Positions 1 through 9,057 of a stretch of 64,000 nt of DNA are shown one piece after another. Position 1 is the stretch's first letter; every line of letters starts with the position of its first letter. The stretch comes from Candidatus Omnitrophota bacterium (GTDB lineage: Bacteria; Omnitrophota; Gorgyraeia; Tantalellales; Tantalellaceae). Position numbers and translations under genes: made by a program. Below the pieces are notes generated by a model, which did not search any database, had not been told where the DNA came from, and was given only the letters and a program-made list of their open reading frames with translations. The DNA lies in NCBI GenBank assembly GCA_035403965.1, contig DAONGE010000003.1, positions 17,860 to 81,859 on the forward strand, read 5' to 3'.

Positions 1-9
1 CAGAGGGAT

Positions 10-2499
10 TTATTCGGAGCCTGGCCAATTTATTTTGTATATGATAATTTTTGTTTTGAGTATCGGGTTTTCGACTTCTCCGAATTTTTCAAAACATTTT
101 AAACCCGAGCCCTTCAGATAGTACAACCTAAATAACATGGATGTCAGTACGGTTCTGGGACCTACGATGCAGTTGTACCCTGCCGGGTAAGGTATCAGTA
201 TCAATGAAAGCCTGAGATTCGAGTTTTTAAGGAGTTTTTCGGTGAATTCGCCGGTATCATTTAGGTATATGATAGACTCCGGTATTCCCGACACCTTGTT
301 CTCAAGGTTATTAATGAAAGCTTCCATAAGTTTTGTGTTAAGCATGACACCGTTAGGGTAAATTATGACATCGTTTTCTTTTCGCAAAGGCGTCATCTCT
401 CCGCTTAAATAAGGCATCCCTCCTGATATAGACCAAACTGAGGACACGTTATTCTGTGATCCGCGCCACAGAAAGTTACCTTTTTTAAATTCGGTATAAC
501 GTTTTTTTTCAAGGTCCAAGGCTTTTGAAAAATCCCAGTTTTTGACATAACAAAGTCCTAGAGTTCCTTCTACGAGATCGTTGTATAGGAAACAATAAGC
601 AGGGGGAGGGGGGCCGTACATTAATGGCAGGATTTCATCCACGGTTTTATCTTCGATCAAAATGCTTTTTAGAAATTTTTTCGCGGATCCTTTATCCATT
701 TCAGACATTGCTCTGATGGTGTTCACGGTATTCGATATGTCTAAACCGTTCTCAAGCAATATCTCAGTGGCCCTGTTGCCGCTGAGATTCAGCATCCTGA
801 GTATGCGGAGGGATCTTTTTTCATTGTTATCCAGCAAGAAAAGAGACATCCAGTATGCTTGTGGAGTATTTATTGTTGCGCCGTCAAAAACTACGCGCCG
901 TTCTGCGATCGATTTTATGAAATGTCCCGGCGGCCACCAGGTGTTAATAATGCTGGCTGCCGGCGTATTGTTCTTAATGCTTTCAAGTGCCTCTTGCCAT
1001 ACAGTGTTAAAAAGCGGCAGCTGTGTGTAGGAGCTTACATGTGCGTAGGTGATGGGCATTGCAAGCGATACCAAAAGTGCGGCGGAGAGAACCTTTGTGA
1101 GATAAGACATGTGTTTTTCAGGTAGCGTCTTCAACGATTTCAAAAAATGCCAAAGTTCATTCAGCGCACAGGCGAAACACAATGAAGCCACAGGTAGCAG
1201 GAATAGAACGAATCTTTGAGCCGTTTTGCTAAATAAAAAACAAGTAGTGAAAAGTACTGCAAGAGAAAGTTCCGGAAACGCGTGCTTATCCTTGAGCGCT
1301 TTGAGGAATAAAAGTGCGGTCCCCAGGACGGAAAGAGGGAGAAGCAAAATTCCGCCAAGCAGGTGAAATATCTTGATCATTGAAGGGACATTGAGTTCGC
1401 CGACAGTAAGGAAAATATCCGGCCAAGGTGCGGATTTTAGAAATAAAAATCCTGAAAAAATATCCAGAATATCTTTTGTGGAATACATGAAACCTGACGG
1501 AGTAAGAAAAATGGCGGTTACTGTAGGTGTAATGATCCAGTAGATGAATAAATAACGCAGGAAAGGTCCCGGTTGGCGAGCGGATAGGCCCCGTATGGTC
1601 AAGCAAACAAAAACAATGGACATGAGCAGTGGGACGATCAGCCATCCTTGCCACATAAGGGAATAAACGGCGCTGGCTAATGATAACAGTACAAGATATA
1701 CGACGCTGTGCTTCTCGCCGGGCATTATTAGCTTTAACAGCAGAAAAACGGCAAGGAGCAGTAAGAAGACATTGTAGGGGTCGGTGTCAAACCATCCGAA
1801 GGCACTTCTCTGGAGAAAAATAGGTGATAACGAAAAGAAAAACGAACTTATGAACGCGATAAAATTCGGGATGTTCAAAACACGACATATCATAAAAAAC
1901 AGAAGCATCGAAAGACAGAAAAATATTACCGGTACGGTCGCAAGCGAGAAAATTATGGATACTCCGGGGCTGAATAATGAGTATAGCTTATATGTGATAT
2001 AGCCGATATAGGGGTGGAGTTCTATCAGTCTCCAATGTCCGTATGGCGCCATCATAAGGGGGTGCCAGTATTTACCGTCTTTTATTTTAGGGGATATTTT
2101 TCCGGTCGAGATGATATTTGTCGTGAGTTGGAGATAAAAATACGGGTCAGATTCGAGTAGATAAAAACGCAGAAGATCGTTTTTCTGCCCTGACCGCACT
2201 AGCCTTACGGCCTTATCTATGTCTTTTTTGTTGTTTTGAAGCACGGACTGGAATTGTTTTTCAAAGAGGGCCTTTTTTTCATCCGTCCGCGCGTTTGGGT
2301 ACATGCGTTCAATATTGCCGGCGAGTTGTTTTTGTATGTTCGAATATACCACAAAACGGTAAAGTTCGTTATTTCGTGTGTTTAGGTTATACAGGTCGGC
2401 ATAAAGCCGAAAATGGATGCCGACCGCTATACTTATCAGTATCAGCAGGGTGTATTTGACGCTTTCTTTTCGTAGCCACGACTTCAGTATGTGTTCCAT
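10..2499 (-). CDS. Polytopic membrane glycosyltransferase, STT3/PglB-like oligosaccharyltransferase family (GT39/YfhO-type alternative)
   Basis: 829-aa ORF that fills the gene with no stop. More than 10 predicted TM helices sit in the N-terminal two-thirds, followed by a soluble C-terminal domain. An acidic loop motif 'GWFDTDPY' lies after TM1. A 'TWWPPGHF' motif at about aa 505 resembles the OST WWDYG motif, and is followed by a 'LLDNNEK' (DK/DNN-like) motif. Confidence 0.45.
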   Translation of the reverse strand: MEHILKSWLRKESVKYTLLILISIAVGIHFRLYADLYNLNTRNNELYRFVVYSNIQKQLAGNIERMYPNARTDEKKALFEKQFQSVLQNNKKDIDKAVRLVRSGQKNDLLRFYLLESDPYFYLQLTTNIISTGKISPKIKDGKYWHPLMMAPYGHWRLIELHPYIGYITYKLYSLFSPGVSIIFSLATVPVIFFCLSMLLFFMICRVLNIPNFIAFISSFFFSLSPIFLQRSAFGWFDTDPYNVFLLLLAVFLLLKLIMPGEKHSVVYLVLLSLASAVYSLMWQGWLIVPLLMSIVFVCLTIRGLSARQPGPFLRYLFIYWIITPTVTAIFLTPSGFMYSTKDILDIFSGFLFLKSAPWPDIFLTVGELNVPSMIKIFHLLGGILLLPLSVLGTALLFLKALKDKHAFPELSLAVLFTTCFLFSKTAQRFVLFLLPVASLCFACALNELWHFLKSLKTLPEKHMSYLTKVLSAALLVSLAMPITYAHVSSYTQLPLFNTVWQEALESIKNNTPAASIINTWWPPGHFIKSIAERRVVFDGATINTPQAYWMSLFLLDNNEKRSLRILRMLNLSGNRATEILLENGLDISNTVNTIRAMSEMDKGSAKKFLKSILIEDKTVDEILPLMYGPPPPAYCFLYNDLVEGTLGLCYVKNWDFSKALDLEKKRYTEFKKGNFLWRGSQNNVSSVWSISGGMPYLSGEMTPLRKENDVIIYPNGVMLNTKLMEAFINNLENKVSGIPESIIYLNDTGEFTEKLLKNSNLRLSLILIPYPAGYNCIVGPRTVLTSMLFRLYYLKGSGLKCFEKFGEVENPILKTKIIIYKINWPGSE

Positions 2500-2533
2500 G
2501 GTAATTTATGCAATGTTTACAGAAAAACACGGT

Positions 2534-3820
2534 TCAAGTATTTTTTTTGACCTGTTCTATAACAAACTTAAGCGGATCTGCTATTCCCCTTGGGACGATG
2601 AGATCGGGGATGACGCCGTCTGATCCGAGCTTTTCGCCGTTGAAAAGAAAACAGGTCCCTGTGAGGAGTGCCAGCATCGAGCCATCCGGGAAATTATGTG
2701 TGCTTTTAAGGTATGCCATGCCGGCGGTAGGTTCCTGTCCGACTATAACGGCGCGTTTGTACGCCTTAAATGTTCCTGCCATTACTTCGGACGCACTGCC
2801 GCTGCCCCGGTCAATCATGATCATAAGCGGCCCCGTATAGTATGTTTTTGATCCTGCCGTTGTAAGTCCGAAAAGAGGGGTGTTCTTCTTTTGATAGTAG
2901 AAAAGTTTATATTGTGGCGGGATGAACATGGCCGCTAATTCTTTTACGGCGAGTGGTGGCCCACCGGGGTTAGAGCGCAGGTCAATTATCAGCATTTTTG
3001 CCTGGCTCTTATTGATATCGCGTATAAATTCCTCAAGATCCGGGGATGTCATCTGGTTAAATTTAGGAATGCGCAGACAAAATACGCCTGGGGTATTTGT
3101 TTCAGTCTTGAACACGGTTTCTTTAAAATATTCATTAGGTGTTATCTCGTATATTTTTACGGCATTTGATACGGGAGATATGATTTTAAGTTTTACCTTA
3201 GTATTCTCAAGAGGTTGCAGTAGGGAAACCACATCCTCGGGTTTCAGCCCTTTTACGTCCTTGTCATTGATCTCCAGCAGCATGTCGCCTGTGCGTATGC
3301 CTTGTTTAAAAGATTCGGATCTTTTCTCGACGAAGGTTATCGAATATCCTTTTGGGGTCATAGTTCCGGAGATCCCGATATCCATCTTTTTCCCGTATAT
3401 CTCTTTTGAATATTCTTTGGCTATTTTGGGAGGGATGAATGCCGTGAAATGATCTTCAGGGGTTCTTAGCCCTTCTATCATAAGGCCTGCTCCGCGCCAT
3501 GCTATCATCTGGACGAATCCGTCATTCGGGTTTAACTGTGACAGGATGGATCTTTTATACATCTCTATATACTGTTCGTACTTATACCGGTCGACCGGGG
3601 CATAATACTCCTTTTCCATTATGTCATATACCGTGGCTAAAAAATCAAGGTAGGGTTTATAGTATTCAGGATCTTTTTTCTTTGTTAGATCCGGTGATAC
3701 TGAAACGATAATGATAGCCCCGACAAGGGTTACAAGCCCTGCGGTTATCAATTTGTACTTGAAAGGTGCTTTCAGCATTATATCCTCCGTAAAAATACGT
3801 GTTTTGGAACAGTATAGCAT
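2534..3820 (-). CDS. Carboxyl-terminal processing protease (peptidase S41, PDZ-containing, CtpA-like)
   Basis: N-terminal signal/TM anchor. A PDZ-like region 'GDMLLEINDKDVKGL' is present. The S41 core carries 'LIIDLRSNPGGPPLAV' and 'GSGSASEVMAGTFK' (Ser/Lys dyad context). Confidence 0.8.
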   Translation of the reverse strand: MLYCSKTRIFTEDIMLKAPFKYKLITAGLVTLVGAIIIVSVSPDLTKKKDPEYYKPYLDFLATVYDIMEKEYYAPVDRYKYEQYIEMYKRSILSQLNPNDGFVQMIAWRGAGLMIEGLRTPEDHFTAFIPPKIAKEYSKEIYGKKMDIGISGTMTPKGYSITFVEKRSESFKQGIRTGDMLLEINDKDVKGLKPEDVVSLLQPLENTKVKLKIISPVSNAVKIYEITPNEYFKETVFKTETNTPGVFCLRIPKFNQMTSPDLEEFIRDINKSQAKMLIIDLRSNPGGPPLAVKELAAMFIPPQYKLFYYQKKNTPLFGLTTAGSKTYYTGPLMIMIDRGSGSASEVMAGTFKAYKRAVIVGQEPTAGMAYLKSTHNFPDGSMLALLTGTCFLFNGEKLGSDGVIPDLIVPRGIADPLKFVIEQVKKNT

Positions 3821-3853
3821 TACGATAGGGTGGGGACAAGGTTTTTTAAATTT

Positions 3854-6178
3854 TCATTTTCGCGCGGATCTATCCAGTATCACTATGATCAGAGCTAACA
3901 GAGATATTCCTGCTATGGGCAGCGAGGCGGTGTATAGAAATGCTCCAGTTCCGAATATGGCGAAGGACATTACAAAAATTTTTTTATCCCGAAAAAAAGA
4001 TATTATCTGGTTTTGTTCGGTCGGAATAAATCCTATGCATGCGGAGATAGATGTCATTCCGCCGAAAGCCATCAGGATGAGCCCGGCCATTTCGCATGGC
4101 TGGTTTCGGAAGGGTGTGAAAACTAAGGAATTGTTGAGAGACGGGTAAAAAATCCCTAAAGTTATGATAGATATGCCAAAAATAAAAAAAAGTGATGGCA
4201 ATGTCCCGACGTATAAAAGACTTTTTTGCTTGAAGCGTATTTGTGACAATATTTTTGCCAATATAAGCCCAAAAAGGAATAGGATGGCTTCGATCTTGGC
4301 TATTACGGTAGAGTAGGCGGAGGTGTCTTTTTTTGATGTAAACGTATCAATCGAAGAGTTTTGTACCTGAGAAGTTATATCCTGGATTATGCCGAAGATC
4401 CGTTTTTTGATCCTATCCAGACCCAATGTATCGGCCTCCGGGGTTGCCGCGGTTTTTGTATCAGTGATATTTGGCATAAAGAAAGGTAATGCCATGTTTT
4501 CCGAGGCTTCCTTCATTGTAGAAGTATTTTTGTTACGGGTTTCTTTGACCGCCAGTGAGCCGGATTCTATATCTGTGCCATTGTCGTCGGATGTGCTCCC
4601 CTCGTCTAATTCCATACGGTCTATGTGAGGGGAGAACAAGGTCGGTTCGAATATTATCCATCCTTTTTGTGTTCCCAGAAACAAGGTCGCATGCATCTCT
4701 TCGATACTGAGTGTTTTTTCGCCGTTCTTATCCAATGGGAAAAAACCGACCAGCATTACTGGCGAAAGATCGAGGTAAGAAAGATATATGAAAGAATATG
4801 TGGTGAGTATATCACAGTCGCATATGAACGGTTCTCCTGTGCTGATCTTTTCTGATAACATTGAGTTCCATGTTTTTTGGTGTTCCAGATATATGTCGGT
4901 GCCGCCAGCCTGATAGGCAAAAAATTTATTCATTATTGTGGCGACCGCGAATAGCTTGTTGTCCTCGGTGGAATTTTTGTTTTTCCAAAGGATCTCCTGT
5001 ATTTCTGCGGGGATATCGGCGAATTCTTTTTCAAGCCATCCCGTCGGATCATGTTGTATATTTATGAATTTGCCGCAGCCGTTCTTTTTTGAGATTTTAT
5101 ATTCGTACGTTCTGGGAGCTGTATTGGTCAACGCGGACAAAATGCCGTTCGGTGTGATGTCGAAATCCCGGAGAATTGACTCGTCTTGTGATGTTATGCC
5201 GTTAAGGAGAAACGGCAACTGTATGGACTGGTCGGTAGATAAAGAGGGGATCTGCATTTGGATTGATATTGTTTTTGCTCCGCTAAGAGAGATTGGTTGC
5301 GAAGATGAGCCTGTTATGAGAGGTGGGACGAATGAAAGGCTTTCTGAACGCGCAAAACGTCCATCCGTAAGATGGTCGAAAAAAGAATAAACAAAATAAT
5401 CGGTTATTTGGGCGTTTGAGACCTTGGCGATCGCGCCGGATATGCTGATCTCTTCATTCTTTTTGACCGGTGTAGGTGCCGTTAATTTTTCGGATTCCGG
5501 GACAAACACATTGCTGATAGGTTTTATGTCGATTATTGATTCCTGGGCCCGGGATGATCCTTCAACAGTTCCTTTATCTTGCAGCGGAATATTTTTCTTG
5601 TTGTCCTGGAACGGGGATAATAGTGCCGAACCGTCTTCGGACAGATTGGGTTCATCTTTTTCATCGGTCTTTTTGTCTGCACCGGAAGCTCCACTGATCC
5701 CTCCCCCGGAATTTGAACCGCCGGATACCGGGACCGTAGCGGGTCGGGTCGGGCTTTCAGTTAATGCTGATGGAGGAGTTTGGCCGGTGTTCATAAACGG
5801 ATTTTTCTGTCCGGCCGTTATTCCTCCTTTTGCGTCATGTACATTTGTTGTTTTTGGAGGCAGGTTAATAGATTTCCCTATTTCGGCAGGGATGTTTTTT
5901 TTGTGCACGGTAAGGTTGCTTTTTTTGTCGGAATCTTTAGAAGGGTTTGCCGATTTGTACACGATTATTATTGATATCAGAGATACCGTTAATACGACCA
6001 TAACTACCTGTATGATGTCCTGTATTATGATTTTTGGCAGGGGAGGAAGGATGGCTTTGTCAGAGATCTGTTTACGCAGAGATTCTCTTGGACCAAAAAA
6101 ACGTACAGCTAATGGCAGAAAAAGTATAGCCAGAAGTAAGATAATGAGACCCATGAAAAAAAGTAAAATTATGGCCAT
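3854..6178 (-). CDS. Membrane protein with transglutaminase-like cysteine-protease core and low-complexity Ser/Thr/Pro/Gly linker
   Basis: 774 aa. TM helices at the N-terminus and a cluster of about 6 TM helices at the C-terminus. The central region has 'GEPFICDCDILTTYSF' (Cys nucleophile context) and 'HATLFLGTQKGWIIFEPT' (His ... W..xxPT), matching the transglutaminase-like C/H/D(E) arrangement. There are long S/T/P/G-rich stretches. Confidence 0.5.
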   Translation of the reverse strand: MAIILLFFMGLIILLLAILFLPLAVRFFGPRESLRKQISDKAILPPLPKIIIQDIIQVVMVVLTVSLISIIIVYKSANPSKDSDKKSNLTVHKKNIPAEIGKSINLPPKTTNVHDAKGGITAGQKNPFMNTGQTPPSALTESPTRPATVPVSGGSNSGGGISGASGADKKTDEKDEPNLSEDGSALLSPFQDNKKNIPLQDKGTVEGSSRAQESIIDIKPISNVFVPESEKLTAPTPVKKNEEISISGAIAKVSNAQITDYFVYSFFDHLTDGRFARSESLSFVPPLITGSSSQPISLSGAKTISIQMQIPSLSTDQSIQLPFLLNGITSQDESILRDFDITPNGILSALTNTAPRTYEYKISKKNGCGKFINIQHDPTGWLEKEFADIPAEIQEILWKNKNSTEDNKLFAVATIMNKFFAYQAGGTDIYLEHQKTWNSMLSEKISTGEPFICDCDILTTYSFIYLSYLDLSPVMLVGFFPLDKNGEKTLSIEEMHATLFLGTQKGWIIFEPTLFSPHIDRMELDEGSTSDDNGTDIESGSLAVKETRNKNTSTMKEASENMALPFFMPNITDTKTAATPEADTLGLDRIKKRIFGIIQDITSQVQNSSIDTFTSKKDTSAYSTVIAKIEAILFLFGLILAKILSQIRFKQKSLLYVGTLPSLFFIFGISIITLGIFYPSLNNSLVFTPFRNQPCEMAGLILMAFGGMTSISACIGFIPTEQNQIISFFRDKKIFVMSFAIFGTGAFLYTASLPIAGISLLALIIVILDRSARK

Positions 6179-6411
6179 TTTTAGTCCAGGTAAACCAATT
6201 AATTTTTTTGGATACGATCGTTGCTATATGAAGAAGTATATACAAAAAATGTCGCTTTTCCAATGGAGATGTGTGTCATCTTCGATAGCCACTGCGATTC
6301 CCTCGACAGAACGCTTTGCTCTGATCTTTACCGCATGGTAGTGGTGCGCATGTCTAGGCTCGATTTTTAGACATTTATTTTTGGATTTGGTATAATACTT
6401 AAGATGGTAAT

Positions 6412-7581
6412 ATGAAAAATCCGACGATCGTATTTATATTTATTCTGTGCCTGATTTTGAAGAACACAAGTGCCTTTTCTGATGAACAGGCTGCCTATCA
6501 GTATAATCAAAAAGGTATAGAATGCATGCAAGCCGGCAGATTTGAGGAGGCTATTGAGGCCCTTAAAACGGCGCACCGATATCTTCCGTCGAATGAAACC
6601 GTAAAGAGGAATCTTTGTATCGCCTATAATAATTATGGCTTTTCTCTGATGAAAAAAGGGGACTATTCGTCCGCTATTGAACAATATGAAAATGCCATTT
6701 ATTATGGGGTCGATATCGCTTATACCTATTATAATCTCGGACAGGCGTATTATATGACACAGGATATGTCGAAGGCCAGAGACGCTTTGGAAAAGGCTTA
6801 CAGCTTGAATCCTAAAATAAACGGTTTAAATGAGTTGTTACGCAAGGCCCGAGGCGAGGAAAAAGTCGAGAATCGTCTTGAAACCGTAGAAACAATGCAT
6901 TTTGTCCTAGCTTGTCCGCCGGATACTGATAGAGACGCTATATCGTTTGTTCAGACGCAGATAGAGGAGGCATATGGAAAGATAGCGATGTTCCTTGATC
7001 ATGCGCCGCGAAATAAAACCGTTGTGATCATTTATCCTGAAGAAGCGTACGCGAGATTATTGGGAGGAAGACCTTCCTGGGGGTTGGCTACGTTTGATGG
7101 CAAGGTCAGGATACCCGCCAGGCGCATTAAATATTCCGGAGAAGATGTCCTAAAGATGATATATCATGAATACGCGCACGCGGTAATTTTAGATATGGCT
7201 CGAGGAAGATGCCCTAATTGGTTCAGTGAAGGTGTGGCCAGTAAAGCGGAAGATTTTGGCGCGGCCAAAGACAGGGATGTGATACGTAAGTATATAGAAA
7301 GATACGGTATCATTCCGATCGATGGGTTTCCGGCGGATTTTTCCAGGGTTCGGGATATGAACCGGGCCGTTTTGATGTACATCGAAGCTTATCTGGTAGT
7401 TGATTTTCTTCAGCGGACTTCAGGGAACTCGGGAGTTCGCGATGTCTTGATAAAAGTCGGGCAGGGTATGGGGCTTAAACAGGCGATAGAGTCGGTGACG
7501 GGTGATAGTTTCGCCGGTTTTGAGCAAAAATGGAAGGCCTATGTTATAGACGAATATCGGATCAGTATGGACGGCAGATGA
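6412..7581 (+). CDS. Exported TPR-repeat protein with C-terminal HExxH zinc-peptidase-like domain
   Basis: Signal peptide 'MKNPTIVFIFILCLILKNTSAFS'. Several TPR-like repeats follow (AY.N.G...G.YEEAI). 'MIYHEYAHAVILDM' is an HExxH motif. Confidence 0.6.
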   Translation: MKNPTIVFIFILCLILKNTSAFSDEQAAYQYNQKGIECMQAGRFEEAIEALKTAHRYLPSNETVKRNLCIAYNNYGFSLMKKGDYSSAIEQYENAIYYGVDIAYTYYNLGQAYYMTQDMSKARDALEKAYSLNPKINGLNELLRKARGEEKVENRLETVETMHFVLACPPDTDRDAISFVQTQIEEAYGKIAMFLDHAPRNKTVVIIYPEEAYARLLGGRPSWGLATFDGKVRIPARRIKYSGEDVLKMIYHEYAHAVILDMARGRCPNWFSEGVASKAEDFGAAKDRDVIRKYIERYGIIPIDGFPADFSRVRDMNRAVLMYIEAYLVVDFLQRTSGNSGVRDVLIKVGQGMGLKQAIESVTGDSFAGFEQKWKAYVIDEYRISMDGR

Positions 7582-7668
7582 GAGTTGTGCCGGATCCAAA
7601 AAATAATGTTTCATTTGCGTGAAAGAAACGGTTCTGCAATTGTTGTCTCACTCGGCGAAGCGTGAAGA

Positions 7669-7717
7669 TCTGCCATGGACGATTTCCTTATTCGGAGAAG
7701 TTTGTGTTCTTTCTACC
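7669..7717 (+). repeat. Repeat family A copy 1 ('acgatttcc..ttcggagaagtttgtgttctttctaccgtggacgctc')
   Basis: Matches 33605..33653 with about 3 mismatches. A reverse-complement partial copy lies at 7928..7955, and diverged relatives at 13163.. and 55205... Confidence 0.7.
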
Positions 7718-7927
7718 GTGGACGCTCGAAATCCCCGGCGACCGAGGACGAAATGTCCGAGGGAGTGCCGAGGCCTCCGGACGAGGCCGACTCACTTCGC
7801 TCAGCGTTCGGCCTCGCTCTCCGGCTTTGCCAAAAAAGTCATCCCCGCATGCTTTAGGCGGGGATCCATAAAATTAAAAAAATGTGTCGCTCCGCCGGAT
7901 ACATGCCCGCTCGGCCTCACGATGCTA

Positions 7928-7955
7928 CGTCCGAAAGAACACAAACTTCTCCGAG
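7928..7955 (-). repeat. Inverted partial copy of repeat A
   Basis: 'cgtccgaaagaacacaaacttctccgag' is the reverse complement of 'ctcggagaagtttgtgttctttcggacg'. Together with 7669..7717 it forms an inverted pair flanking about 210 bp. Confidence 0.65.
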
Positions 7956-8045
7956 AAAAAAGTATTCATTCCATACCTTCTCGTTCCGCCTGTGTAACAA
8001 CAGGGGATCGTGAGTTTTTCCCATTCTCCTCCACAATAATCGGAT

Positions 8046-8171
8046 ACATAGCTACGGTGGGCATGTCAGATTTGCCGTTATCCGATTAAAAATAATTTAC
8101 GCATCAGCGCGAGTCAAACGCCGGGAGATCAGAAATAAAAAGGCGAATCGGACATGCCCGCCGTAGCTATG
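8046..8171. repeat. Long imperfect inverted repeat (21-nt arms, about 80-nt loop)
   Basis: 'catagctacggtgggcatgtc' at 8046..8066 pairs with 'gacatgcccgccgtagctatg' at 8150..8170 with one mismatch. The loop segment 'aaataatttacgcatc...gcgagtcaaacgccgggagatcagaaataaaaag' recurs at 13720..13775. Confidence 0.6.
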
Positions 8172-8325
8172 CAGTGAGATGCTTTTACTCGAATATTTAC
8201 TGGCGAGAAACGGTGCGTGCGGTAGAGCTTGTTTTGAGAGAGGATCGCTTTGTGAAGAAAATAGCTTGTTCGGCTATAAGATGTGATATAATAATTTCGT
8301 TCAACGATCGATAAAGGGGGTAAAT

Positions 8326-8664
8326 ATGCAGTACGAACCGAAAAAGACTTTAAAAGAGTTCAATGCGCTTATGACGGATATTAGAAAAACGATCCCGGCT
8401 GAGTATAAAGCCTTTATTGATCAGAAGGAACAGCTTACTAAGTCGGGTAAACTGCCGGGGAAAACGAAATGGCTTCTTCTTTTGGTATCCAGCGTGACGA
8501 ATAAGTGCCCCGTATGTATACCTAAGGCCGTTCAGCATTGTCTGGATTCCGGCTGGACGAAGCAAGAGATGCTCGAAGCGTGTATGGTGGCCGTTTTGGT
8601 GGGCGGATCAAGCGTTATGACATTTGTAACATTGGTTGATAAAGCTATAGAAGAACTGTCGTAA
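8326..8664 (+). CDS. Carboxymuconolactone decarboxylase / AhpD-like family protein
   Basis: 112 aa with a CxxC-containing AhpD-like core 'NKCPVCIPKAVQHCLDSGWTKQEML'. A GGGG-rich RBS 'aaagggggtaaat' precedes the ATG. Confidence 0.65.
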   Translation: MQYEPKKTLKEFNALMTDIRKTIPAEYKAFIDQKEQLTKSGKLPGKTKWLLLLVSSVTNKCPVCIPKAVQHCLDSGWTKQEMLEACMVAVLVGGSSVMTFVTLVDKAIEELS

Positions 8665-8795
8665 AAAGTTTTAGTACATACCTGCGGTGAGGAGCCTGGC
8701 TCTGAAGCTAAGGGGAAAGAAAAACAGGTTGTTTTTATTTTTCCCGACTTCATCGCAGAGATGGGGCCGGGATTTTTGTTTTTAAGGAGGATAAA

Positions 8796-9050
8796 ATGGA
8801 TAAACGATTGGGTTTTGTGGGGATAATAGTGGAGGATAGGAAAAACGCCGCGCCAAAGGTTAACGAAGTTTTGACGGAATACGGCGATATGATCCTTGCC
8901 CGTACAGGTATACCATGCGCGGAAAAGAAATGTTCTATTATAACGCTTGTGGTGAACGCCGATACGGATGTGCTTGGGGCCATGACCGGTAAACTGGGGA
9001 AAATAAACTCGGTATCCGTGAAATCGGCGCTGCAAAAAGGTAAGGAATGA
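8796..9050 (+). CDS. TM1266-family small ACT-like protein (putative [FeFe]-hydrogenase system regulator)
   Basis: 84 aa, 'GFVGIIVEDRKNAAPKVNEVLTEYGDMILARTGIP...ITLVVNADTDVLGAMTGKLGKINSVSVKSA'. The RBS is 'aaggagga', and the gene sits immediately upstream of hydF/hydG/hydE. Confidence 0.6.
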   Translation: MDKRLGFVGIIVEDRKNAAPKVNEVLTEYGDMILARTGIPCAEKKCSIITLVVNADTDVLGAMTGKLGKINSVSVKSALQKGKE

Positions 9051-9057
9051 GGGCAAT

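Noticed and set aside
7619-8089. 156-aa and nested 60-70-aa ORFs in the 7.6-8.1 kb spacer
   Set aside because: Their sequence is made of the A and B repeat elements. The same peptide fragment 'GEVCVLSTVDA' reappears in an ORF at 33464..33694 only because the repeat recurs. No RBS is present.
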